A stretch of 64,000 nucleotides of DNA from a phage. Position numbers and translations under genes: made by a program. Positions 9,614 through 19,679 of this stretch are shown in pieces (the stretch's first letter is position 1; each line of letters begins with the position of its first letter). The notes below the pieces were generated by a model that was given only the letters and a program-made list of their open reading frames with translations, did not search any database and was not told the origin of the DNA. The DNA is taken from NCBI GenBank assembly GCA_026188615.1, contig GCA_026188615.1_4525.1; one strand, given 5' to 3'.

Positions 9614-11382
9614 AACCTGAAGAAATGAAATCCATGCGTAGAAATAAGGTCATTGCCGATAATAAACCACAAAAAGTAGCTGCAACAGCAGCTACCGATT
9701 CATTAGAAGCATTGAATGACATTTCAACAAAACTAGACGATGTCCAAGCCGCGTCTGAACTCACATCACAAAGTGTAGAAGATAAAGGCAATGGAATTAT
9801 TGAATCAATTGGAGACTTAAAGAATTCGACAGATAATACTGCTGAAGGCACAGAGCTTATCGCAGAAGTTATTGAAAAACAAACTGAAGTCACTAAAAGT
9901 ATAAACGAAGTTTCTAGTGCAATAAGCTCTAAGTTAGACCGATTAGCTACATTATTAGAGCAAAAATTACAAACATCTACCGCTATTCAAAATACAGGAG
10001 GCACCTCTCTTGAAGTAATTGAGAACGCAATACCTGTTAAAGTGGTTGAGAATGAAACTTCTGATGAGTTGTTTAAAGCATTACCTACACCTGAAAAGAT
10101 TGATAATAAGCCAGACGAAGATTTCTTCCCAGCCCCGGTTCAAGAAAGTGCTAATTCTACTTCCGATTCTAAAGGCGGAATTAGCTTTAAATTGAGTGAT
10201 AAAATTGCAATGCTCACCAAAACAGTTCAAACCGGGTTTAATAAATCAATATCAATTTCAGACAGAATTGCTGGAATGCTTTTCAAATACACTATAACGG
10301 CTGCTATTGAAGCAGCAAAAATGGCCGCACTTATTCTTGGTATTGTTATCGGTATTGATTTATTGATAGTCCATTTCAAATATTGGACAGACAAGTTCAC
10401 TTCTGCCTGGGATTTATTTGATGAAAACTTTACTAAATTCTCTGATGAAGCTAAAGAGTGGGGTAAATTCTTAAGTGATATATTCACTTCTATTGACTCG
10501 ATAAAACAAATGTGGGAAGCTGGAGACTGGGGTGGTTTAACCGTTGCTATTGTCAAAGGTGTAGGAACAGCATTAATGAACTTAGGTGAACTAATTCAAT
10601 TAGGAATGGCTAAACTCTCTGCGTCTATATTGCGTGCTATAGGTTTTGGCGATACCGCGGACGAAATAGAAGGACGTGCTTTGGAAGGATTCCAAGAAAC
10701 TACTGGGAACAAATTAAAGAAAGAAGACCAAGAGAAAGTCGCTAAATATCAAATGAAGCGTGACGATGGCGAATTAGGAACCGTTTCTAAAGGTCTTGAT
10801 ATGTTACAACGCGGCAAAACATTCGTTACTAACTGGGTTCGTGGTAATGACAATAAAGAAGAGTTTAGTACAAGCGATGAGCGTGCTGCGGAATCAGCAA
10901 AATTAAAAGAGTTACCTGAAGAGGAGCGTAAAGAGGCGTATATAAAAGCCAATGAAACTCGTGCGGCACTGGTTAGATTTGAGGATTATATCGATAAAAT
11001 CGATATGACTAATCCGGAAAATGCTAAAAACGTCGAGAAGTCTTATGCTGATTTAAGTAAACTTATTAAAGACCCTGAACTTAATAAAACTCCTGTTGTT
11101 AAAAAGGAAATAGATGCTAGATTTGAAAAGCTAAATAATAAAATGGCTGAAGCCAAAAAGGCTCAGACAACAGTTAAGCCTGAATCTTCGACTAAATCTC
11201 CGGAAGCAAAACAAGTTCAGTCAATAGAGAAAGGACGTGCTTCTGAATCTAAACAACAGCAACCGGTAGCGGCGATTAGTAACACAAATAATGTCGTCAA
11301 AAAGAATACCGTAGTCCAGAATATGACCCCTGTAACAAGTACAACGGCTCCTGGAATTTTCCATGCCACCGGTGTTAATTAA
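9610..11382 (+). CDS. 29: gp29 baseplate hub / tail-length determinator
   Basis: 590 aa, same length as T4 gp29; extended alpha-helical, acidic N-terminal half. Confidence 0.8.
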   Translation: MKPEEMKSMRRNKVIADNKPQKVAATAATDSLEALNDISTKLDDVQAASELTSQSVEDKGNGIIESIGDLKNSTDNTAEGTELIAEVIEKQTEVTKSINEVSSAISSKLDRLATLLEQKLQTSTAIQNTGGTSLEVIENAIPVKVVENETSDELFKALPTPEKIDNKPDEDFFPAPVQESANSTSDSKGGISFKLSDKIAMLTKTVQTGFNKSISISDRIAGMLFKYTITAAIEAAKMAALILGIVIGIDLLIVHFKYWTDKFTSAWDLFDENFTKFSDEAKEWGKFLSDIFTSIDSIKQMWEAGDWGGLTVAIVKGVGTALMNLGELIQLGMAKLSASILRAIGFGDTADEIEGRALEGFQETTGNKLKKEDQEKVAKYQMKRDDGELGTVSKGLDMLQRGKTFVTNWVRGNDNKEEFSTSDERAAESAKLKELPEEERKEAYIKANETRAALVRFEDYIDKIDMTNPENAKNVEKSYADLSKLIKDPELNKTPVVKKEIDARFEKLNNKMAEAKKAQTTVKPESSTKSPEAKQVQSIEKGRASESKQQQPVAAISNTNNVVKKNTVVQNMTPVTSTTAPGIFHATGVN

Positions 11383-11390
11383 GGATTATT

Positions 11391-12500
11391 ATGATTAGTG
11401 TAAAAGAAATAGTAGTAGATGCAAAGGATTTAAATAAAGCAATCCCAGTCTCAGAAAGTGCTGGGCAAAGCACTAAAACCGAAACAACTACTAAAACTTA
11501 TGTTGCTCAATTTCCTACAGGAAGAGCAGCCGGAAATGACTCCACAGGAGACTTCCAGGTAACAGACCTTTATAAGAACGGATTATTATTTACCGCGTAC
11601 AATATGTCTGCACGCGATTCAGGATCCCTCAGGAATTTACGTCCGGCGTATGCCGGAACTTCATCTAATGGTATCATATCAGATTTAACTGATAATGTGA
11701 AAGATGCAGTGACTAAATTCTCTAATGGGTTGCTTCCTGCCGGAGCTAATAAATCTACTATAAATAAAACTCCTGTTGCTAATATACTTTTGCCACGTTC
11801 CAAATCTGACGTTGATACAACTTCACATCGTTTTAATGATATCGGTGATAGCCTTATTACTAAAGGTGGAGGTACTGCTACAGGTGTTTTAAGTAACATT
11901 GCTTCTACTGCAGTCTTTGGTGCATTAGATTCTATTACTCAAGGGCTTATGGCTGATAACAACGAACAGATTTATACGACTTCTCGTAGTATGTATGGCG
12001 GTGCTGAGAACCGTACTAAAGTATTTACATGGGATTTAACTCCACGTTCAACTGAAGACCTTATGGCTATTATAAACATTTACCAGTATTTTAACTATTT
12101 CTCATATGGTGAGACCGGTAAATCACAGTACGCCCAAGAGATTAAAAGTTATTTAGACGAATGGTATCGTTCAACGTTTATTGAGCCTATGACGCCAGAT
12201 GATGCAGTAAAAAATAAGACATTGTTTGAAAAGATTACTGCGTCATTAACAAACGTATTAGTTGTAAGCAACCCTACAATTTGGATGGTTAAAAACTTTG
12301 GTTATACATCTAAATTTGATGGATTAACTGACGTATTTGGTCCATGTCAAATTCAAAGCGTACGTTTTGATAAAACTCCAAATGGACAATTTAATGGTCT
12401 CGCTGTTGCTCCTAACTTACCATCAACATTTACGTTAGAGATAACAATGCGAGAAATTATTACATTAAACCGTTCTTCACTTTATGCGGGGACTTTCTAA
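11391..12500 (+). CDS. 48: gp48 baseplate-tail tube junction protein
   Basis: 369 aa; position and size as T4 gp48. Confidence 0.8.
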   Translation: MISVKEIVVDAKDLNKAIPVSESAGQSTKTETTTKTYVAQFPTGRAAGNDSTGDFQVTDLYKNGLLFTAYNMSARDSGSLRNLRPAYAGTSSNGIISDLTDNVKDAVTKFSNGLLPAGANKSTINKTPVANILLPRSKSDVDTTSHRFNDIGDSLITKGGGTATGVLSNIASTAVFGALDSITQGLMADNNEQIYTTSRSMYGGAENRTKVFTWDLTPRSTEDLMAIINIYQYFNYFSYGETGKSQYAQEIKSYLDEWYRSTFIEPMTPDDAVKNKTLFEKITASLTNVLVVSNPTIWMVKNFGYTSKFDGLTDVFGPCQIQSVRFDKTPNGQFNGLAVAPNLPSTFTLEITMREIITLNRSSLYAGTF

Positions 12501-13462
12501 TGTACTCTTTAGAAGAATTTAATAACCAAGCTATAAATGCAGATTTCCAACGAAACAATATGTTTAGTTGTGTATTTGCTACTACCCCATCGACCAAATC
12601 ATCTTCACTAATTTCGTCAATTGGTAGTTTTACTTATAATAACTTAGGGTTGGATTCCGATTGGCTAGGATTGTCTCAAGGTGATATCAATCAGGGCATA
12701 ACAACCCTGACTACAGCAGGAACACAGAAATTAATTCGAAAATCAGGTACAAATAAATATCTGATTGGAGCAATGAGCCAACGTACGGTACAAAGCTTGT
12801 TAGGTGAGTTCACGGTAGGAACTTATCTGATAGATTTCTTCAATATGGCATATAATAATACAGGTTTAATGATTTATTCTGTAAAAATGCCTGAGAACCG
12901 ATTATCTTATGAAACGGATTTCAACTATAACTCCCCGAACATCAGAATTACCGGCCGTGAAATGGACCCATTAGTAATAAGCTTTAGAATGGATTCCGAA
13001 GCATCTAACTTTAGAGCAATGCAAGACTGGGTAAACTCAGTCCAAGACCCTGTAACAGGTCTTCGTGCTTTACCACAAGACGTCGAAGCAGATATTCAGG
13101 TTAATTTACATGCACGAAATGGTTTACCACATACAGTTACCATGTTCACTGGATGTATTCCTGTTAGTGTCTCTTCTCCTGAGTTAACATATGATGGTGA
13201 TAATCAGATAACAGTTTTTGACGTAACATTTGCTTATCGCGTTATGCAATCAGGTGCTGTAAATAGACAGGCTGCTTTAGAATGGCTGGAATCAGGACTT
13301 ATTAGTAGCGTTTCAGGAATGTTTGGGAATAATCAAAATGATTCTGGGCTAGGAAGTGCAGTATCAAGACTTTCTAGATTAGGTGGGACCGCTGGAGGTG
13401 TGTCTAATATAAACACAATGACAGGTATGGTGAATTCTACATCAAGAGTTTTAGGTCTATAA
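12500..13462 (+). CDS. 54: gp54 baseplate tail tube initiator
   Basis: 320 aa, same length as T4 gp54; ATGT overlap with gene 48. Confidence 0.8.
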   Translation: MYSLEEFNNQAINADFQRNNMFSCVFATTPSTKSSSLISSIGSFTYNNLGLDSDWLGLSQGDINQGITTLTTAGTQKLIRKSGTNKYLIGAMSQRTVQSLLGEFTVGTYLIDFFNMAYNNTGLMIYSVKMPENRLSYETDFNYNSPNIRITGREMDPLVISFRMDSEASNFRAMQDWVNSVQDPVTGLRALPQDVEADIQVNLHARNGLPHTVTMFTGCIPVSVSSPELTYDGDNQITVFDVTFAYRVMQSGAVNRQAALEWLESGLISSVSGMFGNNQNDSGLGSAVSRLSRLGGTAGGVSNINTMTGMVNSTSRVLGL

Positions 13463-13463
13463 G

Positions 13464-13490
13464 AAAAAAGGGAGACAACGTCTCCCTTTA
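13464..13490. terminator. Bidirectional intrinsic terminator between convergent genes 54 and the alt block
   Basis: aaaaaa-gggagac-aac-gtctccc-ttta: 7-bp stem flanked by A-run and T-run. Confidence 0.6.
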
Positions 13491-13495
13491 GGGGT

Positions 13496-13789
13496 TTATT
13501 TACGGAATGAAAGGAATGCTGGTGCTCGGAATGGAGTATCATCTTTAGAGTATTTAACTAATACGACCATTGGTACCTCTGTTTCTAAATGACCTGTCAC
13601 TACACCGATAAAAATTTGATCAGTGTGCTCAGGGTCACGAAAGTTTTTAAGAGGTTCCATAGCAATATGGAATGCACCTGGGAATACTCGATTCAATTCG
13701 TCAATCACAGCTTCGTTAAAAACATCATCCGCTGGGATAGCATCTTCAACTACTAGTTCTTGACCATTAAAGCGAAGCATAGATTTCAT
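13496..13789 (-). CDS. Hypothetical protein, 97 aa (alt-downstream ORF)
   Basis: Track ORF trimmed to the internal ATG at 13789 (SD AGGA upstream), because the upstream part overlaps an early-promoter cassette. Confidence 0.45.
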   Translation of the reverse strand: MKSMLRFNGQELVVEDAIPADDVFNEAVIDELNRVFPGAFHIAMEPLKNFRDPEHTDQIFIGVVTGHLETEVPMVVLVKYSKDDTPFRAPAFLSFRK

Positions 13790-13818
13790 AACGTTTTCCT
13801 CATGTTGTTGATAGGATG

Positions 13819-13848
13819 ATAGTATCACACATCCATGTGTTTGTAAAC
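13819..13848 (-). promoter_or_regulatory. Early-promoter cassette (TTTACA -35, 17-bp spacer, TACTAT -10) with inverted repeat
   Basis: Minus strand GTTTACaaacacatggatgtgtgaTACTAT; one of at least 14 similar cassettes in the window. Confidence 0.45.
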
Positions 13849-15935
13849 TATCCTTGGATAAATTTAAACGGAACTGATTCTAAATCCATTAAAGATGCTA
13901 ACAATTTCAAACCTTTAGGTGCACTAGTTTTTTCTACAAATGAGGCAAAAGATACCGGCTCATCTGATTCGATTTCACCCGTCATAGCAACTACCTCGCC
14001 TGTTTCCATGAGAACATCACCATCGTAAATGACAGCTTCGTCCAACTGGTCCGAGGACATGACTTCAGCTTGAATAAATTTAAGGTTGGATTCTAAACCT
14101 GCACCAGTGTCAGATGACGCATCTGTAATTTTATTTATCTGCAAGAGAATGCCTCTAGGCAAAATAATTTCTTGCTCATTAGGGTGATTACTCAACTGTC
14201 CGGGATAAATCACGTTAACTTTATGAGCGCCATCGATAGCCCATCCAACGTTAACACGGATTTGTTCTGGTGCATGCATAGCTGTTCTTACTTGGCTAGG
14301 AGAAATAGTAACACCTTCGTCATTATTATCAATGTTAAGCTCTTTGCGAACTTCTTCAGGAGCAAGTCCAAGGGCAACGTTCTCTTTAAACCCGCCGAAA
14401 ATAATAGGAGCTAGTGAAGTGGAAACATAGTTTCTGAAGTAGAATACCTTATTTTTAACCATTGCTTCGTAAATAGGCATTCTGATAGACTGGGCTCTAT
14501 ACAACGTTAGTCCTTCAGGTAAACGGTCTCCATTTAAAAACGCCGAATCAAGACCATCAATAGCGCGTTTAACTTCATCTTCATCTGCAACATCATAAAA
14601 ATCCGGTTTATAACGGCCTAACAACATATTATTGATATCGGTATACGCAGAAGAGGCATATTCGCGAATAGCTCGTTTTTCAGCAACAGAGTATTGTTTA
14701 GGGTCCCGATTCATTGTTATATTAAAGGTGCCTCTAGCCGATTCTCGTGCATAGGTATACATCACATTAGACAAGAACGCTGATTTACGTTGTTTCCAAG
14801 TTTTTTCAGATACTTCAGCTAAAACATCGTCGGCCAGTTGGAAATTATCACGTCTAAAATCTTCAAACCATTCGTCTTTAATAGAGTCCGCAATTTCGTT
14901 TGCAGCTTCAACAAAAGCAGCTAATGCTTTAACAGATGTTGTTTTTTCAGTTTTAATTTTCTTAGCAAACTTTTCTAAAGTTGGCTTAATAACACTACCA
15001 TAAGAAACTTCATCAGCAAATCTAAAGGATTCATCAATACGATTATAAATCTTATTTTCGATATCAGCAACTAAAGTGCCTTTTGCTGTGGATGATGCTT
15101 GAGCTAGTACGATTTCATATGCTTCAGGAAGTAATTCGGCTGTAGCCGGGCCACTAACTTCTTTAGCAGAATTTTCGTATTTCTGGAATAACTCACCTTC
15201 TTGGCGGTCAGCTTCTAAAGATTGACTTGCTGCAATAGCACGACGAGAAATTTTAGTACGAGCAATAACAGGCTTATCTTTACGTTTTTCTTCTACAGCA
15301 GCAATAGAACCAGCGATAGCCGTTTCTTTGGTGACCTTTTCGCCGGTCTTTTTACTCACATAAACTTCGCCAACATCAGAATCTACTTTCGCGTACAACT
15401 CTGTGTTAATGTTAGGGATGCCTTTAATATCTTCAATGTTGGCATTTTTACGAACCATCATCACATAGGTGTGTTTACCTGTGAATTGATACATTGCCGA
15501 CAATACTTTAAAACGACCGCCGGTTTTAGTAGAAACTAAACGAGCAAGAAGAGTTTGAAGCTGCTGTCCACGTCCTTTCAATTTCTTGGTAGGGAACCGG
15601 AACAGAACTGCATCCATACGAAGAGCTTTAACCCGTTCATATACTGTATTGAAAATAGTGTTGATTGCATCAATAGGAGCAGGACCAAGGCCATTTTTCA
15701 ATTCAGCGAGATTACCCTTTTCAGACAGACTCATAATAACAACATGAGCGTATTTGTCGCCAAGTTTAACTTGTTTTACAGCGTCGCCTTCGGAAAGGTA
15801 AGAGAATAAACGAACTACGATGTTTGTATCGATATCACCAATTTTCCAGACTTGTGGAACTTTAGCTTTAGGGTTCAAATTGACGACAGGAAGACTGCCT
15901 TCAGATTCAAACACTTCATTTAATTGTTCAGACAT
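13848..15935 (-). CDS. alt: Alt-like ADP-ribosyltransferase (packaged, modifies host RNA polymerase)
   Basis: 695 aa; C-terminal ART-like region (LYRAQ...FRNYVSTSL); position between genes 54 and 30 as in T4. Confidence 0.7.
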   Translation of the reverse strand: MSEQLNEVFESEGSLPVVNLNPKAKVPQVWKIGDIDTNIVVRLFSYLSEGDAVKQVKLGDKYAHVVIMSLSEKGNLAELKNGLGPAPIDAINTIFNTVYERVKALRMDAVLFRFPTKKLKGRGQQLQTLLARLVSTKTGGRFKVLSAMYQFTGKHTYVMMVRKNANIEDIKGIPNINTELYAKVDSDVGEVYVSKKTGEKVTKETAIAGSIAAVEEKRKDKPVIARTKISRRAIAASQSLEADRQEGELFQKYENSAKEVSGPATAELLPEAYEIVLAQASSTAKGTLVADIENKIYNRIDESFRFADEVSYGSVIKPTLEKFAKKIKTEKTTSVKALAAFVEAANEIADSIKDEWFEDFRRDNFQLADDVLAEVSEKTWKQRKSAFLSNVMYTYARESARGTFNITMNRDPKQYSVAEKRAIREYASSAYTDINNMLLGRYKPDFYDVADEDEVKRAIDGLDSAFLNGDRLPEGLTLYRAQSIRMPIYEAMVKNKVFYFRNYVSTSLAPIIFGGFKENVALGLAPEEVRKELNIDNNDEGVTISPSQVRTAMHAPEQIRVNVGWAIDGAHKVNVIYPGQLSNHPNEQEIILPRGILLQINKITDASSDTGAGLESNLKFIQAEVMSSDQLDEAVIYDGDVLMETGEVVAMTGEIESDEPVSFASFVEKTSAPKGLKLLASLMDLESVPFKFIQG

Positions 15936-15970
15936 AGTGTTTTCCTTTTAGTAATAATTTATATTTATGC

Positions 15971-15991
15971 CAAAAAGAGCCCGAAGGCTCT
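15971..15991 (-). terminator. Hairpin agagcc-UUCG-ggctct followed by a U-run (minus strand)
   Basis: Seen directly; lies between the ligase block and alt. Confidence 0.5.
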
Positions 15992-16200
15992 TAATCCACA
16001 ATAGGAAGCAAAGTACGATAAACTTCAAAATTAGAGCCTTTTTCGTACTTATCGAAATTGTCCATAAAAATATGATAGGAATCGTTATTAGGAAAATCTA
16101 ATATAATCTGAGAGCAAGAGGTGGAAACATCTCCACCATCCTTCTTAGCTACAATAACTGTTTCTAAATAAGCTTTCATTATAAACCTGTCTGGGACCAC
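15991..16200 (-). CDS. Hypothetical protein, 69 aa
   Basis: ORF in track; overlaps the ligase stop. Confidence 0.4.
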   Translation of the reverse strand: MVPDRFIMKAYLETVIVAKKDGGDVSTSCSQIILDFPNNDSYHIFMDNFDKYEKGSNFEVYRTLLPIVD

Positions 16201-17672
16201 GGTCCAAATACGTCTTCAAATGAATCCGCTTCTGTTTTATCAAAACGGAACCCTTTAATAATTGGAAGGAAAATACCTACAGTACCTTCACGGCCTTTAG
16301 AATGAACCCAACCATTGCATTCACAATCAGCAATACGTCCAATCAATTTACCTTCACGAGCTTCGGTCATTAATCGTTCACGGTCCAAATCATGACGCTC
16401 ATCTAAAGGAATAAGAACCTTTACACCATCAACTGTTTTATGAGTTGTATCTTTAAACCCTGAACCACAATCAGTTGTAATACGACGACAACGTGATACG
16501 AGTTCGACACCACCTAATTTGTTAGGGTCTTTAGAGTGTTCATAGTATCCTACAACTTCTAAAGCGATATCAATAACTTCTTTAAATTTAATTAGGTTCT
16601 TAGAGCGTTTGTTTTCCCAGTATGAATCACGGTTTTTAAGGATAATACCTTCAAGACCTTGGTCAACATATTTTTTATAAACCACTTTAGCTTCGTCAAG
16701 ATTACGAACTAACTGATTTTCAATTGGCTCAATTCGCTTAAAGCCTTCAGCCATATTTTCAAGAGCAGCAAAACGAACATCGTATTTCTGACCTTTAATT
16801 TTACCGTCAGAATAGACTTCATCTAAAGGAACATAGTCCCAGGCTTGAAGAACCATACCTTCAGCTTCTTTAGGAGAAATAGTCCCTTGAAGAGATTTAT
16901 TTGCTAAACCGTTTGAAGTGCTACGGTCCGCAACTTGTACTTCTTCGGATTCTTCATTATCACCAAATAAGAACGACAGGTCATTTCCTGAGCTCACAGC
17001 CTTTTTAATATCAAATGAATGGTAAACTAATTCACCGTCGATTAAAACCCCATTAGGGTGTCTTTCACGAGCTTCTTTAGTCATTTCCATTAGTTCATCC
17101 GCTAATAGAGTAAGACCATGATATTCGTTGCCGGCACGAGAAAAGAATTGAACACCATCATCGCGAACTTCAGCGAAACAACGAGCACCATCTGCTTTTA
17201 ATTGGGCAAATGCAGGCCATTTAATATTTTTAGTAATCAATTTCTCGTCATATGCAGATGCTAACATCTGTGGTTGCAATTGAATAAGTCCAGGCCACAC
17301 CTTATTCGCGATAGACACTGAAGCACCTACTTCAAGGTCGCGCATCATTACACGACGAAGGACTTCTACATCATCAGGTTTACCATCAGCGATATAACCC
17401 ATGAGCTCTTTAATTGCAGCATTACCAGTGAGTTTACGAGTGGCTAATGTGAACTCAATAAAATCCAACATGTCATCTAATTCAAGAAGACCATACGCTT
17501 GAGACCTTTCACCTGGTCCTGGCCATTTCTTAATATAATACTGGATACCACGTGCATATGTTAAACGATACACACGTTCAAGTAATTTGTTGTCCTTATT
17601 TTTCTTAAGGATTTCCTGTTTTGTTTTAGTAGAACCGATCGCAGCTATTTGGTTTAAAATATCTAAAATCAT
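16179..17672 (-). CDS. 30: ATP-dependent DNA ligase gp30
   Basis: 497 aa; adenylation motif KADGARC and further ligase motifs; colinear with T4 DNA ligase. Confidence 0.9.
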   Translation of the reverse strand: MILDILNQIAAIGSTKTKQEILKKNKDNKLLERVYRLTYARGIQYYIKKWPGPGERSQAYGLLELDDMLDFIEFTLATRKLTGNAAIKELMGYIADGKPDDVEVLRRVMMRDLEVGASVSIANKVWPGLIQLQPQMLASAYDEKLITKNIKWPAFAQLKADGARCFAEVRDDGVQFFSRAGNEYHGLTLLADELMEMTKEARERHPNGVLIDGELVYHSFDIKKAVSSGNDLSFLFGDNEESEEVQVADRSTSNGLANKSLQGTISPKEAEGMVLQAWDYVPLDEVYSDGKIKGQKYDVRFAALENMAEGFKRIEPIENQLVRNLDEAKVVYKKYVDQGLEGIILKNRDSYWENKRSKNLIKFKEVIDIALEVVGYYEHSKDPNKLGGVELVSRCRRITTDCGSGFKDTTHKTVDGVKVLIPLDERHDLDRERLMTEAREGKLIGRIADCECNGWVHSKGREGTVGIFLPIIKGFRFDKTEADSFEDVFGPWSQTGL

Positions 17673-17938
17673 TTGATGTCCTCGATTTTGGTTACGGTTC
17701 TATTATAAGCCACTTCATCTAGAAGCGATTTCAGCGTTTTCTGATAAGTTGTAATCCATTTACCGAGTCCTTCAACATAGTATTCTGAAATGTAGATGAA
17801 CCCTTGTTCAACACACTCTTTAAATATTTCTGCGTCTTTTACTGAACGAAACAATGGCCAGTCTCGAAAGAACATGTTAACGTGACCGTAGTCACGTGTG
17901 GTATTTTTGCCATCTGTAATATCATGAACTACAAACAT
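17669..17938 (-). CDS. Hypothetical protein, 89 aa (30.1 position)
   Basis: ORF in track; coupled to the ligase start. Confidence 0.5.
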   Translation of the reverse strand: MFVVHDITDGKNTTRDYGHVNMFFRDWPLFRSVKDAEIFKECVEQGFIYISEYYVEGLGKWITTYQKTLKSLLDEVAYNRTVTKIEDIK

Positions 17939-17947
17939 AATTAACCC

Positions 17948-18772
17948 TTAACAATTTATAGACCAAGTCCATTTAGACGAATCTAAAGGAAAGTTTTGAA
18001 TCGTCCACCACGGCTGCATATCAGTTGGTCCTGGGGTTCGCCAGGTGTATGGAGTACGTGTTGTCGAGGGGCCACCAATTTGATTAGGCCATGCACCTGG
18101 ACTTGTTGCACCAGATTCTTTAAGCAAATCCGCCAATCGTTTTAAAAGGTCTTCACGATCTGAATCTGAATTATTCTTAGGCAGAACCAAACGAGATTCA
18201 ATATCATCCCACGTGTGTACACGTTGTGCAGTACGAGGAATGGCATCACGTTCACCACGAGCCAACCAATAAATCGGTACATTAAGAATTTCTGCCGCAT
18301 GGTCACAATGATGAGCTAAATCGTCAACGTAACAAATTACGTTATATTTTGTTTTAGCTAGTTCGAATAATTGTTCCTTTGAAGAATCATGACCACACAT
18401 CATTACTTCAGAGAAAGCGCCTGGGAACAAAGCATTCAAATTAAATTGTCTATTCAATCGAGCATCAATTGAATCACCTAGCGCCGTCACGGCTACAAAA
18501 TTATAGTCTTCTTTTAGTTTATTGATAACTCGAAGAGCATCAGAATAAGGCGCTAAGTAACGAATAAAATCAGAGCTATTATATTTTTCTATTAATTGTT
18601 TACCAAGGTTATCGTCGGTATTGAACAGTTTACCAGGAGAAATAAATTTTTCGTCCTGAATCATTTTTAAAATATGTTCTAATGGAAGGTTATATTTTTG
18701 GGCAAAATAAGGAAGTCCAGATTGCCAGCTTAAACATACACCATCAATATCAGTCAAAATAGTAGGCTTCAT
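17948..18772 (-). CDS. HAD-superfamily hydrolase-like protein, 274 aa, with an unusual Trp/Pro/Thr-rich C-terminal tail
   Basis: N-terminal DIDGV (HAD motif I) and a later DD motif; the last approx. 60 aa are low complexity. Confidence 0.45.
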   Translation of the reverse strand: MKPTILTDIDGVCLSWQSGLPYFAQKYNLPLEHILKMIQDEKFISPGKLFNTDDNLGKQLIEKYNSSDFIRYLAPYSDALRVINKLKEDYNFVAVTALGDSIDARLNRQFNLNALFPGAFSEVMMCGHDSSKEQLFELAKTKYNVICYVDDLAHHCDHAAEILNVPIYWLARGERDAIPRTAQRVHTWDDIESRLVLPKNNSDSDREDLLKRLADLLKESGATSPGAWPNQIGGPSTTRTPYTWRTPGPTDMQPWWTIQNFPLDSSKWTWSINC

Positions 18773-19236
18773 AAAGAGTCTCTTAATAGGTTTAACACGT
18801 CAATAAATTCATCTTCAGTTAGTATTGTATCATCTTTTGTTAGGTGGCTGGCCATGCTGTGCTTCAAAATTTTTCCTTTAGAGGCTTGTAAGGCATCACG
18901 AAACCCCTTGTTTTGGATCGCGGCTTCAAAATATGCATTTGTGTATAATTCTTTCCACGCTTCAGAGTATCTTGAAAATGGAACTCCTAACCAGAAGAGA
19001 GTCCCACGGTCCTGAGCTCTTGCATAAGACCTTCCAGCTTGCTGTGCAGCCAATCCAGACAACCCAAATATACGTCTTTGTTGTTCAACATTTTTCACCT
19101 TACATCCTTGGAGAAATCCTTCAAGACCTCCGAATTGAATACCATCCATAACAAAAGGCCATTGAGCAAAGTTACTTAATGCACACGACGGCCATTTGAA
19201 ATTACTTCTTATTTCTAATTCAGACATCTTTAACAC
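18769..19236 (-). CDS. Hypothetical protein, 155 aa (30.3 position)
   Basis: ORF in track. Confidence 0.5.
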   Translation of the reverse strand: MLKMSELEIRSNFKWPSCALSNFAQWPFVMDGIQFGGLEGFLQGCKVKNVEQQRRIFGLSGLAAQQAGRSYARAQDRGTLFWLGVPFSRYSEAWKELYTNAYFEAAIQNKGFRDALQASKGKILKHSMASHLTKDDTILTEDEFIDVLNLLRDSL

Positions 19237-19438
19237 TTATAATTTCAACATCAGCCCAATGTCCGTATCCAGGTATACGGTCTTCGATAGATAAATTTCT
19301 GTCATTTTTAGGCATTTTAATTGACGTAACGTATGGTTCTAAACGGTTTTCCGCGTAATATGGAAAAACGTCGGTTACACGATAAGTAACTTCAATCATT
19401 TCCGTACCAAACAATTTCTGGATTAATTTATTCAACAT
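19220..19438 (-). CDS. Hypothetical protein, 72 aa
   Basis: ORF in track. Confidence 0.4.
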   Translation of the reverse strand: MLNKLIQKLFGTEMIEVTYRVTDVFPYYAENRLEPYVTSIKMPKNDRNLSIEDRIPGYGHWADVEIISVKDV

Positions 19439-19625
19439 GTTTCAACCCTTTAATAGGAGATAACTCTTTACCCATACGTATGTCAGAAGTCCCATCAACC
19501 CATTGAACAGCATACGCTTCATTGATAATTCCAGCGGCAGTTTTAAATTCGTTGAGAACTTTAAAAATCATCCCAGGGATTCCAACACCTTTTAATTGGA
19601 CTGTTTGTGCTATTAAAAATTTCAT
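19428..19625 (-). CDS. Hypothetical protein, 65 aa
   Basis: ORF in track. Confidence 0.4.
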   Translation of the reverse strand: MKFLIAQTVQLKGVGIPGMIFKVLNEFKTAAGIINEAYAVQWVDGTSDIRMGKELSPIKGLKHVE

Positions 19626-19679
19626 ATTTTTCCACTTACTAAAGAAATCATTATACTCTAATCCGTCCTTGGATGTACA

